Shown piece after piece: positions 40,687 through 53,602 of a stretch of 64,000 nt of DNA. The stretch comes from Octopus sinensis. Taxonomy: Eukaryota. The position numbers and the translations under genes were made by a program. The first letter of the stretch is position 1; every line of letters begins with the position of its first letter. The stretch lies in assembly GCF_006345805.1 (NCBI RefSeq), contig NC_042997.1:72478001-72542000 (forward strand), written 5' to 3'. The notes under the pieces were generated by a model, which was not told the DNA's origin, did no database searches, and worked only from the letters and a program-made list of their open reading frames with translations.

Positions 40687-43600
40687 TATTATTATTATAT
40701 TATTATTATTATTGTTATTATTATTATTATTATTCAGTAGTTATATATTTATAGCGTGCTTTCACTTCACTACCGAGCGCAGCTGTGTGCCTTGTGTATG
40801 TGATGTGATTTGTTGTGATGCTCTGATGGTTACTGTATTGAAAGTGTTCTGCCTAGGATGTGTGCAGTACCTAGTAGCGCAATTTTCTGTGTGTTATATG
40901 TGTTTGTAAGTCCTGGTGTTTTTGTTATGTATTTGTCTGAATATTTTTTTATCATGCCTAATGCACCTACTATGATAGGAATTGTTTCTGTTTTTATTAT
41001 CCACATTCTGGTTACCTCTATTTCCAGGTCTTTGTATTTTGAAAGTTTCTCCATTTATTTTAGAGACACGTTGTCATCTGCCGGTATTAATACATCAATT
41101 AGTAAGCAATTCTTTTTTCTTCATGATCTCTGACAACTATATCTGGTCTGTTGGCCTTAATTTCTCTATCTGTGTGTATTGGCGTATCCCAGAGTATGGT
41201 TGCTTTCTCGTTTTCTGTGACCTTTTCTGGTGTGTGCATATACCATCTTTTTTCTGTTGTTATTCCATAATGTTGGCATAGCTTCCAGTGTATGTAGGTC
41301 TCAACTATGTCGTGTCTGTAAATATATTCCTTCTTAGCCAGGACTGGGCAGCCAGAGATAATATGATTTATTGTTTCTTGTCCATCTCCACAAATTCTGC
41401 AGTTACTTGTTATATTTCTTTTCATTACGTGTTTTTGGTAATTTCTGGTGGGGAGGCTTTGGTCTTGTGCTGCAATTAAAAATCCCTCTGTCTCTGCTTT
41501 GAGTCCTGAGCTTCTCAACCATTGCTGGGATTTTTCTTTGTCTATTTCGTTTGCATTTAGTTTAGTCCAGTATTTGCCATGAAAGGGCTTTTCTTGCCAT
41601 CGTTTTATCATGGTCCGTTGCTGTTCTAGTTTTAGTTTGGATTTCATTTGTTTTATAGCTTTTGTTGTTTCTTCATCTTCTTCATATTTGTTAGGTGGTA
41701 TGATTTCTTGTTTGTATTTGTCAGCTTCCTTAAATACTGAGAACAGTTTTTTGCTGTGCTCGTGTTTTGCCGTTATTTGTATCAGTTTTTCCTTCCTTCT
41801 GAAGTAGATATTTTTACAGTCCTATGGTGGTTATTTTATAGTAGTTTTCCAGCTGTATAAGGCCTCTACCACCTTCTACACGTTGTATATATAGCCATTC
41901 TATGCCAGATGTTGGATGATGCATCCTAGATCCTGTCATTATTTTTCTTGTTTTCCTTTCTATTTTGGTTAGTTCATTTAGTGTCCAGTTAAGGATATTG
42001 AAGCTGTAACTTATAACTAGGACGGCTAAAGTATTAATACCTATTATCTTGTTTTTAGCATTGAGCTCTGTTTTTAGTATTGATCTAATTCGTCTATAGT
42101 ATTCTCCCTTTATTTTCTCTTTCATTTGTGTGTGTTATATCTTATCTTGTTCATGGATTCCTAAATATTTGTAAGTTTGGCTTTGGTTTAATTCTCTTAT
42201 TTCATTGGCTTTATCTAGTGTGATGTTGCTACTCCTAAATAGTTTTCCTCTTTTCAGGGTTACTTTGGCGCATTTTTCTAATCCAAATTTCATATCTATT
42301 TCTTTGGTGAATCCATGAACTGTCTTTAGTAGTGTTTCCAGCTGTTTGCCATTTGTAGCGTATAGTTTTAGGTCATCCATGTATAAAAGGTGGCCGATCG
42401 TTTTGCCGTAACATTTATATCCGCATCCAGTTCTATTTAGCATATCAGATAGAGATGACAGTGCCAAGCAGAAAAGGAGGGGAGCGAGCGTGTCTCCCTG
42501 GAATATTGCTCTTCTAATGGGGATGGCTTTGGTTTTCACGAGTCCCTCTTTTGCTTGGAGCTGTAGCACTGTTTGCCATTTGTTCATAGAGTGTCCTATG
42601 TATTTTATAATTGTTGGTGCTACTTTGTTAATGGCTAGTGTTTCGAGGATCCATGTGTGGGGGATGCTATCAAACGCCTTTCTGTAGTCGATCCAGGCCA
42701 TACTGAGGCCTTTCTTCTTTCTGTGGCTGTCTTCAATTATGGCTTTATTGATCATTAGTTGATCTTTACAGCCATATGAACCTTTGCGGCATCCTTTCTG
42801 CTCTTCTGGAAACAGGTTGTTTTCGTCCAGGTGCTTGTTCAGCCTTTGTGATATCACTGCAGTAAATGCCTTGAACATTGTAGGGAGGCAGGTTATTGGT
42901 CTGTAGTTTTCTGGTTTTGCTGTCTCATTGGATTTGGGAATTAAGATGGTTTTCCCCTTCGTGAGCCATTCAGGCATTGTCTCTGGCTCTGCCAGTATGT
43001 TGTTAAAGTTTTCAGCCAGCTTTGTGTGCATTCCTGTCAGATATTTCAACCAGAAGTTGGGGATCTTGTCATGCCTAAGTGCCTTCCAGTTGCTTAGTCT
43101 TTGCAGTGCCTGGGTGACCTCTTCAGTTGTTATGGGGGTCCAAAGTTGCTCAGATGCTGAGTTTGTTGTTTTAATACTCCTTTTTTTGGTTGTTCTTTCG
43201 CCGACCATATCTCTCTCCAGAATTCTTCCACTTCTTCTGCCGTTGGTGCTGCAGTGATGTCTATTTTATTTTTGCCAAGTTCTTGATAGAACTTTTTGGG
43301 GTTGGAGTTGAACTGTTTGTTTTGTTCAAAGAAACGTTGGAGGTTCTTATACCGGCGGATCCTTTGTGCTTTGGCAAGGATATCTTGCTTTAGCTTTTTT
43401 TTTTATCTCGGGTAAATCTTTTTCTGTGATGTTGTATTTGCACAGTATTTTTGTTCTCTTTTTGTTGCTTAGTAGCGTTGATTGTCTAGTGATTTCATTA
43501 AGAATCGACAGATCTTTTCTCACATTTCGTATTTTTTTTGGGATGTTATTTATCCACAGGGTTTGTTTGGGTGATGGTACTCCTGTTTGGATGCGTTTGA

Positions 43601-44775
43601 GGGGGTATCCAGCTTCTTTTGTAGCTGCAGCATATACTAAGTCATTTAGCTCAGTGATATCGCTATTTGTTTCAGTGGCTAGGTTTATGTTGTTTATAAT
43701 TGATGTTGTTTTTGTGTCTATTTTGATTTTTGGGAGGTATGGTCGGTGGTCCATTTTGAGATCTGTGTTTTTCAGTTCTTTGATTATTCTACTTTTTATA
43801 GTATTATAATCATTAGGCTCCCCTTCGTTGTTTCCAGGTTTTAGATTTGTGTCGCTTTTTTTCTCATTCGTATGTTTGTCTGTCGTGTTTTGACTTGCTG
43901 CTTGTCGTGCATTATTATGCATCCTTACGGTCTAGGTTTGTTGTTTTTTGTTTACATCGTTTTTGTTGGAACTGTTACGTTTGTCTTCGTGTTTTACTAT
44001 CTCAGTGTTTATATTATTTGGCATTGTTGTGTGGATTCTATCTACATTTTCCTGATGTATTTTTTTTTAATGTTCTATTTCTAATTCTGATATTTTTTTG
44101 CGTTGAGAATGTATCTTCGTACGTTAGCTAGTTTATTAGGGTTCATTGCTGCATCCAAGTCTATATTTATGTTATTTTTCTTCCATATTTTATATGTATA
44201 TGTTGTGTTTTCGTTCTTTGGGTAGAGCACTGCAGTAGAGTAAGCGTGTAGGATTGAAATGTATTCCTCACGTGTCCATTTATGCCTTTTTGGTTTTGTT
44301 TGCGGGACATGAGGAACAATGTCCGGCCCATTATTTTGACGGTCGTCATTTTCGTAGGGTACCGGTCCGTTCATTTCTGTTGTCACATTGTTTTGCACAT
44401 GTAGTTTTTCGTACTTTTAGTGTAACAAATTTAAAGTAAGTACTTCCCGATTGTTATTCTTAGGTTGAATAATATCAGTATTATTTAATGTGTTCGTAGT
44501 TTTTTGAACATGGTGATTGGGGCCGGAGATGATCTGGTGTTGATGGATCGTAATGTATCAAGCATGTTTACATGGTTGGAGATGATATCGAGTTAAAATA
44601 CATAATTTCGTTTGGAAAATAATAATAAATTTCAATGAGTATTACTTACTCGGATATAGTCCAATCCTTTGTCAGTTATTTTTTGGCTCCATCCGATGTC
44701 TTTGTTTCCGATGTTTGTGGATAGATTTCGGAGCACTGTTTTATCGCTCTCATATGTTAAACGCCCCCGGTGTTC
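38464..44775 (-). mobile_element. Stack of R4/Dong-like LINEs in TAA repeats: near-full-length copy C (40734-44775) plus truncated copies B (40023-40636), A (39289-39905), another subfamily (39035-39200) and D (38464-38806)
   Basis: RT (YRPITCL, IDYRKAFDS, YMDDLKLY), CCHC (CRICG..ETINHIISGC..RHD) and RLE (NRPDIV..KYKDL); all junctions lie in (TTA)n. Confidence 0.92.
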
Positions 44776-44802
44776 TCATTATTATTATTATTATTATTAT
44801 TA

Positions 44803-44875
<73 letters not shown>

Positions 44876-44922
44876 TAATAATAATAATAATGATAATAAT
44901 AATAATAATGATAATAATAATA

Positions 44923-44975
<53 letters not shown>

Positions 44976-45043
44976 TTAGGGAGTATGTTGAAACTTACAG
45001 GGAAAAATTAGATTTAGGATTAAATCAAATTTCACAGTGTTAA

Positions 45044-45628
45044 TATAAATTAAATTAGAGATAAAACCACTATTAGGCAACTCAAACAGTGATAGACATA
45101 AACCAAAACATAAAAAACGAAAAATAAATATAATTAATATAATATATAAAATATATATAAAATATAAAATTTAAAATTTAAATTATTGAAATTTGAAATT
45201 TTTTAATTTATATTTATAAATTTTTATATTTTAAATTTTAAATTTATAAATTTTTAAAATTTTACACTTTTAACCTTTTTTTTAAACTAACCAAAATGTA
45301 TTAAAAAGTTTAATATAATATAATAAGTAAAAACTTATACTTATTATATTATATTAAACTTTTTAATACTTTTTGGTTAGTTTAATAAAGGTTAAAAAGT
45401 TTAAAAGTTTAAAAATTTATAAATTTAAAATTTAAAATATAAAAATATAAAAATTTATAAATATAATATAAAAATTTCAAATTTCAATAATTCATATTTT
45501 AAATTTTAAATTTTATATATATTTTGTATATTATATTAATTATATTTATTTATTGTTTTTTTTATGTTTTGGTTTCTGTCTATCACTGTTTGAGTTGCCT
45601 AACTGTTTTATCTCTAATTTAATTTATA
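45044..45628. repeat. ~585-bp AT-rich foldback palindrome (loop at 45330-45337)
   Basis: tataaattaaattagagataaaac..ggcaactcaaacagtgatagaca.. mirrored by ..tgtctatcactgtttgagttgcc..tctctaatttaatttata. Confidence 0.85.
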
Positions 45629-45730
45629 TATATATATATATATATATAAACAATTGTTGCGTGGAAGGTGTTTATAAGCCATTTGAAAACACACAAAACC
45701 TTTAGATTCACTTCAACATTTAAATTTAAT

Positions 45731-45779
45731 TTGGCAAAATATTTTCGTCGCTTTGAGACAGCGACCTGTTCACTGACAA
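45731..45779 (-). ncRNA. Minimal hammerhead-like motif, G3-C8 variant (second copy)
   Basis: Reverse complement: uuguca GUGAACA g gucgcu(gucucaa)agcgac GAA aauauu U ugccaa. Confidence 0.55.
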
Positions 45780-45874
45780 AATTCCGTGCTGCATCTACAC
45801 CTTTCACGCTGCAATTGTTTTTGTTTCAGCACACGATATCAGATCAGGTCACTTGCTATGCAAGTACATCTCTG

Positions 45875-46217
<343 letters not shown>

Positions 46218-47310
46218 CCCTATCTCTTCTCAAGATTTTAGCATTCATGTCTTGGTGCATAGATGTACATAGATGTAACGACATCCTCGACTTCATTGCT
46301 ACACACGTCTATTCGGCTTTGTTTTACGTTTTCCGACGACAGGTATTTTGTTTACATGCGTTTCATTGCCAGTCTTTTTGCTGTGCTTCAGGAGTGAATC
46401 TTCACCCTCCACTGCAACAAAAAAAAAAAATGTAAGAAGTGTCATTTATTCTGATAAGTGAAATTGAAAATACCCTCATGATGAGGAAGGAGACAAATCT
46501 CCAGGAAAAGGTGGCATAGCAAATATGTTAAGGTGCGGAAGTAAAGAGCTGTGGAAAATCCGCCTCCTATTCTTTAATCGCTGTCTGAAAGACAGCAAAA
46601 TACCCTCGCTGTGGAAAGAGTTTAATGCCATCTTGCTTAATAAGATGGTGATAAGGAATATTTAAGAAACTACCGTTCAATATATCACTTGTCTCAACTC
46701 TAGAAGAAGTTTAAAAAGTGACATTCACCAGATTATCGAAACATTACGATGTCTAGCAGCCGAGGAAGCAAGCAGGTTTCCATGTGAACTACAATACGAT
46801 GGATCACATAAACATGTGTAATGGCTGAGTGTATACATGTATGCATGTACTGTGTTTCTAAATATTTGTGATTTTATCACTGAAGAGGCTGGTTGTTTAA
46901 TTGTTAAAACATAAAGCTGCAATGCTTGAATTTGGATTCCATCAAGGAGATGTCTGTGAATTTGACTCTCTGTAAAGTCCTTATTATTTTACAGATCTGC
47001 TTTCAACTTGTATTTGTAATCACTTTGTTTTCAGGAAAACCCTACAACACCGTCAATGAAGTATTCAATAACATGAACATCTGTTGCAACAAGTGTAAAT
47101 ATGTGAAGATTTCATCAGGTTAAAAAGTACTTGTTTATAAACATTCTGATATTTACTAGTTCTGAAGAGATGTTTAAACATGTCAAATGCTTTGAATGAT
47201 TGTGAATGGTTTATGTATTGCGTCACAAATATAAAAAAATAACATTAAAGTCTTTAAATATTTAATATTAAAATTTTATATAAAATGAGTCCTCGTTTCC
47301 ATTCCTCTAG

Positions 47311-47373
47311 AATTAGAAGAGGACATAGAGCCTGAGACCGAGGAGATGGAAAATTTAGAGTTGGAGACACCAG
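47311..47373 (+). CDS. Exon E11 (63 nt), identical to E7; second in-frame donor at 47463
   Basis: attcctctag|AATTAG...ACACCAG|gtatga. Confidence 0.8.
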
Positions 47374-47796
47374 GTATGAATTACATATACATATATACAG
47401 ATACATATATAAATGAAAGCATACATACACATAAGCACTCACGCCTACTCACAGAGACACCAGGTATGAATTATATATATACTGTAAGTATACAGAAACA
47501 TATATCTACTTGTAAAGCATATGTTACAGGACCTCTTTGTATGCAGGAAAACCCTAGATTTTCATGAACGTTAATGAAGTATTCATTAATATAACCAAGA
47601 GTAGCAATATCTATTTATAAATATCTGAAGATTTTTACCAGGTTGAAAATACAGCAGATCTCGAAGTACCCGTTCAAAAATATTCTGATATCTACTAGTT
47701 TTTGTATTGTCTCAAATATTCAAAAAGAATTAAAAAACTGTAAATATCTAATATTAAAATTTTATATAAAATGTTTCCTCGTTTCCATTCCTCTAG

Positions 47797-47859
47797 AATT
47801 GGAAGAGGACTTAGAGTTTGAGACCGAGGAGACGGAGAATTTAGAGCCAGAAATACCAG
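47797..47859 (+). CDS. Exon E12 (63 nt): ELEEDLEFETEETENLEPEIP
   Basis: attcctctag|AATTGG...ATACCAG|gtatga. Confidence 0.8.
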
Positions 47860-48851
47860 GTATGAATTATATAATATATATACTGATACATATATGCACG
47901 GATGCGTAAATACACACGATCACTCTCACATATTCACACATGGTTTGGGTGTACAAATCTTACATCTTCAGTGAAGCACAATCCTACACCATGTTGGAAA
48001 AAGTGGCACTTATTTTGATGATAAAAATTGAAAATACCCTTAAAATGACGAAAGGAAAAAGTGGCAATACAACAAAGATGTTAATGTGTAGTGGGGAAGA
48101 CCTGAGGGAAATTCTCGTACTGCGCTTTAATTGTAGTTTGAAAGAGGGCAATATACGCTCGCTGTGGAAAGAGTCGAATGCCATCTCACCTAATAAGAAG
48201 GGTGATAACGAATATTTAAGAAACTATCGCCCAATAAACCTTTTGTCTCAACTCTATTTACAAACTTATATTCATCAGATTATCGAAACACTTCGATGAC
48301 CATCAGACGAAAAGATAAGTAGTTGTTTTTAAGAACTATAGTACAATGGATCACATATTCACGCTAGTAAAGATTATAGAACGAGCGAGGGCATACATGC
48401 TGCTTTGGTGCATCGCTTTTGTCGTCTACGAAAAAGTCTTCGATAGCGTCGAGATGAACTCAGTACTGAAATCTGTGGAAGTAAAAAGTGTAGAGTCGCT
48501 AGTAAGATGCTTCCAATTCACAGATGACATCGTACTCATCGCTGAAACATACACAGAGACATGTACACATACACACACACACCACCACTACCACACCACA
48601 CACAGAGGTACACAGAAAAACAAACACATATATAATTATTTAAAAGTATGGATGTATGTAGTCTTGTAAGTACTTACACATAAATATGTGTAATCGTTGA
48701 TTGCATACGAATATGAACTTATTTACAAATGAGAAGAAGCTGCTTGTTTAATTTTTAAAACAAATTTGTATAGCTTGAATTTCGATACCGTCAATGAGAT
48801 GTTTATGAATTTGTTTCTCAGTAAAGTCTTTGTCATTCTTTGATGTGCTTA

Positions 48852-49070
48852 TAAGTGGGCGCTGAAAAGTCCTTGGCTTTAGAGGTATCACGAAAGGCCT
48901 TGTTAGAAGCCCAACCTTCCGAGTTCTTTTACAGGGCTTAGAATAACTGAAGGACCACTGCAATAAATGTATGGATCTGAGAGGAGAATATGTTGAATAA
49001 AGTCATAATTAACTGATTCTCCTGCATTTTCTTCTATCCAAAGCCAAGAAATTTTCAGCGCCCTCTCCTA
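48852..49070. mobile_element. Mariner-derived MITE with ~28-bp TIRs
   Basis: gggcgctgaaaagtccttggcttt ... aaagccaagaaattttcagcgccc, TA-flanked. Confidence 0.75.
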
Positions 49071-49381
49071 TATGTAACGTGATCATATTGTTTGCAATAA
49101 AATCTCGATTCTTAAGAACGGCACTGAAGTATTCTCTTATACATCCAAGTGTTGCAATAATTTTTTGTAAATATATGATTTTATCTAGTAAAAATGCTGA
49201 AGATTTCAAAGTACTTGTTCATAAATATTCTTATAGTTTCACACTCATTAGAGATTTTAAAATCCGTTTGTCAAATTCTATTATTGTCAATAGTTTTGTA
49301 CAGAGTGTCAGATAACTTAGAAAACTTTAAACATCTGATATTGATATGTATGAAAAAATTTCTTCCTTTCCATTTCTCTGG

Positions 49382-49459
49382 AATTGGATGAGAATACGAT
49401 ACTAAAGGAGTTAGAATCTGAGACCGAAGAGATGGAGAATTTAGAGCTGGGGGCACAGG
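49382..49459 (+). pseudogene. Exon E13 with mutated acceptor (GG instead of AG): ELDENTILKELESETEEMENLELGAQ
   Basis: catttctctgg|AATTGG...GCACAGG|gtatga. The 78-nt frame is open but the acceptor AG is lost. Confidence 0.7.
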
Positions 49460-50036
49460 GTATGAATTACTTATACATACATATACGCGTATATACATAC
49501 ATATATGCATGTACAAAGACTGACGCACACGCGCGCACATGGAGAGACATGCATACAAGGCCCTATATGCATAGGTGAAGTTAAAATTGGAGATGTTTTG
49601 CCCCATGCAGAGATTTTCGAGAAATATACTGTCTACCCAGGTAAGTTCAAATACGATGATCGTTGTAAGCTCAACCATGAGAGAGCAAAAACATGTCTAG
49701 TTGGAATGTTATTAATATTAAACCATTTCGGAATACGAGTCACCATTTCAAGTCGACTTTCATCTTCCAGTCTGAGGTTGGATGCAAAATAGAGCGCAGA
49801 TCATCTATTGATTTTGACTCAGGTGTCGTCTTTCTTTCTGAACATGAAACACTTCTGGGGCGGCTGCTGTTTGTTAGCTTTTTAACACTTCATGTCTGTC
49901 TATTTGGAAATTTGTGAAAGCAGCTTTTCTGTCGTCACGTAACGACCTTCTCCCATTGCTTCAGGCAAAATCTTTTTAAATCTTTAAATATTTAACATTA
50001 ATATTGTATATAAACGTCTTCATTCCATTCTTCTAG

Positions 50037-50114
50037 AATTCGAAGAAGGTACGATACCAGAGGATTTAGAGACTGAGATCGTGGAGACGGAGGATTTAGA
50101 ACTGGAGACGCCAG
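50037..50114 (+). CDS. Exon E14 (78 nt): EFEEGTIPEDLETEIVETEDLELETP
   Basis: ttcttctag|AATTC...ACGCCAG|gtataa. Confidence 0.78.
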
Positions 50115-52079
50115 GTATAAATTACATATACATATATACAGACACACATATGTGCATATATGCACCCATACATACACACGCGCACTCTCATGTACTCACA
50201 CGTATATTTTAACTTCTAAAGGCAGAACACTGCATTTTACCATGGAAAAAAACATCCTCGCTTATGGTAAAAGGTGTGAAAACATCTTAACTGCTTTGTC
50301 TCCTATTGGACTTCAAGACGCTTTTCTGGATTTGTAGCCTTCCCCGGTAAGAGATACCAAAGAGAGATGTTCCTGGGCAGATTATAAAACCTACTATATT
50401 TGTTGTGACCGGATAGCCTAAGAGCTCAAGTCAATTACTATTGTTAACTATTCTAAGATATCCAACTATAAATCTGTAAGTACGGCTTCATAATCTGCCA
50501 TGGGTGGTCGGAGGGATGTTATCACTAATTTCTCCCTGAAGATGAGTTTACCTTTCAGGGACGCGTGCATTCTAGTCTTGGAAGCAAAATAGAAAGTTGG
50601 TCACCTATTGTTTTTCACTTAGGTATCAGCTTCCCTTAATAACCTGATAGTGGCAGCTGTTTGTTAGCTTTACAAATTTTCCCGTCTCTACATTTTCGAC
50701 CCTCCTCCTCTGTCACAGGGCAATGAGTTGCTCCACACTTCTTGCAGCATGAGTCTTCCTCTTAATGTTATATTTTAAGGCTATTTGGTGTTGACAAGAT
50801 ATTGGAGACGGCAAACGAGTGGAAGGATTACTTCATCTTGTCTCATCTTCAGGGAGAAGCAACGCGCTTAGTGTTCTTGCAGTCGTGGCCTCGAATTTCT
50901 CCACTACTCATGAAATTGATTGGCGGAGCTTAGAGGTCTCTTTGTACTGATGGGCTGTCTATTGCTTCCACCTGAGTAGAACGCGAAATATTATAGCAAG
51001 AACGACTACAACAGTCTGGGTATGATGCCATACTAGAAGCAACGTACTTCAAACATACCCGGTATCATCTGTAAGAGGATAAAATACCCTAACTCTGAAC
51101 AGAATAAAATACTACATTGCTTTATATAAGGGGTGATAAAGAATCTTTAAGAATCTACCACCTCTTATGCTTCATGTGTCACCTTAATAGGCCGTCTATT
51201 AAGATTATAATCACCAGATAATCGAAACACTTCAATGACCAGTAGCTGAGGGAGCAAGCAGATTTCTATAAGAACTACAATCATATTCACTCTAACGAAG
51301 ATTATAGAATGATCGAAAGGATACAAACTGTTTCTATTCATCGCTTTTGTCGACGACAGCGTCGAGATGAACGCAATACTGACATGTTGGACATGCAAGA
51401 TGTGGAGTCGCTATTCAGCAAATTTCTCAGGGATACGAACTCTTGTGTAGAGATGCTATCGTAAGCAGTAAGAGTCCTAATTGGAAAGAGCATCAAACAA
51501 GGAGTACCATCTCGCCAAATCTCTACAGACTATGTCAAGAAATGGTCATCAGAGACATTGACTGGACAGGTTTTCGAAGATGAACGGTGAGCAACTAACA
51601 CATATCCGCTTCGCTGATGACATCGTACACAGTACCAATACCACACACACACACACACACAGGCACGCACGCACGAACACACACATACACAGACGCACGC
51701 ACGCACGCGCGCGCGCACACACACACACACCGCACACATCCATGGGCTCACAGTTAAACACACATATACAAACATGTATAAGCGTTTAAAAGCATGCATG
51801 TATATAGCCTGGTAAATATTATGCATAGATATGTGTAATGGTTGATTACATACGTATATGTAGTTTTCTACAGCTGAGAAGAAGCAGGTGGTTTAATTGT
51901 TAAAGCGTAAAACTGCATCGCTTGATTTCGGATACCATCAACAAAAAGTGTATGAATTGTCAAGTTTTTATTATTCTACTGACCTATACGTCTAATGCCT
52001 TGTATGAGTGTGAATAGCATAAAAAACCTATATTTAATATAAATTCGACTTATAGCTTTCCTCTATTCTATTCCTCTAG

Positions 52080-52196
52080 AATTCGAGGAGGAAACAGAGA
52101 ATTTGGAGGCCGAGGAAGAAACGGAGAATTTAGAGGCCGAGGAATCGGAGAATTTAGAGGCCGAGGAGTCACAGAATTTGGAGCCGGAGACACCAG
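52080..52196 (+). CDS. Exon E15 (117 nt, internally expanded): [39 protein letters not shown]
   Basis: ttcctctag|AATTC...ACACCAG|gtatga; four copies of a 24-27 nt ENLE(A/P)E subrepeat. Confidence 0.8.
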
Positions 52197-52334
52197 GTAT
52201 GAACTACATCCATCCATCCATCCATCCATCCATCCATCCATCCATCCATCCATCCATCCATCCTTCCATCCATCCATCCATCCATCCATCCATTCATCCA
52301 TCCATCCAATACAATCTTGACAATACAAAATCTA

Positions 52335-53155
52335 CAGGCAATCGACAATTATAGGTGTCTTGGACAGGATGAAAATCTCAGATACGATGGACCCATAAAT
52401 AAGGAGAGTACCTCAGAAGAGTTAAGAGAATATGGTCATCAGAACTCTCAGCTTACACATTACCTAGAATACCTTGTGCAAGACCAAGATTAAAGTCATC
52501 AATTATATTATTGCCAACTATCAGAGAGTGTCTTCCAGATATAATCTTCCAACCAAGCATGATGCGGTGGTCAGAACAGTCTGGAACAGGATATTAAAAA
52601 GAGAAGAATGGAAAAGAAAAAACACCTACAGACGAAGTCGACCATATTAAGACCGATGGGTCAAAAGAATATTGGTGGAACTTAAAAGTTAAAATAGCCA
52701 TCAGGTTAAAACACGACCAGCCAGATATTGTTGTGTGGGACTACAAGGAAATAATATGATCTGTTGTGGAAGTCAACTGCCTTCTTGATACCAATGTGTG
52801 TGTGTGTGTGGGGGGGGGGACACAAGAGAAAGAGGATACATATAGACCATTAATAAGGAGTTTAAAAATATAGTACCCAAGCTACACTTTCAGCTTCATA
52901 TCTATTATTATTGGAGCATAAAGACACATACCAATTCATCTGGAGCAAATTATGGCTGAACTTAGAATCTTTGGGTGAGAAGGAAAATGCTTAATTCATG
53001 CGGAACAGATGATAACGATATTTGGGACCATAAAAATTTGCAAGACCTTCTAAAGATTCAAAGGTTAAAACAAGATGCTTTCTTTTACAACCTTGCTGGC
53101 AAGTAGGTGGCCGGTCAAAATTTATTATGAATTAAAAAGAGAAAGGGAACGTTCC
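52335..53155 (+). mobile_element. R4-like LINE 3' fragment with a (CCTA)n(CATA)n tail; shorter homologue at 54645-55005
   Basis: EYWWNLKVK..HDQPDIVVWD..VEVNC..KEDTYRPLIRSLK remnants. Confidence 0.7.
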
Positions 53156-53198
53156 TACCTACCTACCTACCTACCTACCTACCTACCTACCTACCTAC

Positions 53199-53229
<31 letters not shown>

Positions 53230-53529
53230 CATACATACATACATACATACATGCATGCATGCATACATACATACATACTACATACATACATACATACATA
53301 CTACATACATACATACACATACATACATACATACATGCATGCATGCATACATACATACATACATACATACATACATACGTACATACATACATACATACAC
53401 ACCTTTATTTAAGTTAGCTTATTCAGCATGTACGTATATATGCCCTTACTCTCTTCAGGATTTCAGCATCCATGTCTTCGTATATATTCACTGTGCTCCC
53501 TAAGAAGTATTCCGTTACATCATCGATGT

Positions 53530-53602
53530 GTGCATTTCCATCTGTGAGTGTGTGTGCATATGTTTGTGCGTGTCTGCATAATTCATACCTAGTGTCTCCA
53601 GT
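53530..53602 (-). pseudogene. Inverted fragment of an exon 3' end, donor and intron start
   Basis: The reverse complement reads ACTGGAGACACTAG|gtatgaattatgcagacacgcac...cacactcacagatggaaatgcacac. Confidence 0.7.

Larger units (their letters stand above)
46480..48545 (+). mobile_element. RTE-like RT remnants (46480-46830, 47950-48545) flanking the E11/E12 doublet; further copies at 34545-34720, 51050-51640, 53628-53800
   Basis: KKGDNEYLRNYRPINLLSQLY, IAFVVYEKVFDSVE, HIRFADDIV remnants. Confidence 0.75.

Noticed and set aside
44715-44765. Hammerhead-like motif in the R4 LINE 5' region (CAUAUGA gagc..gcuc c GAAA)
   Set aside because: Two core mismatches and no stem I or III pairing.
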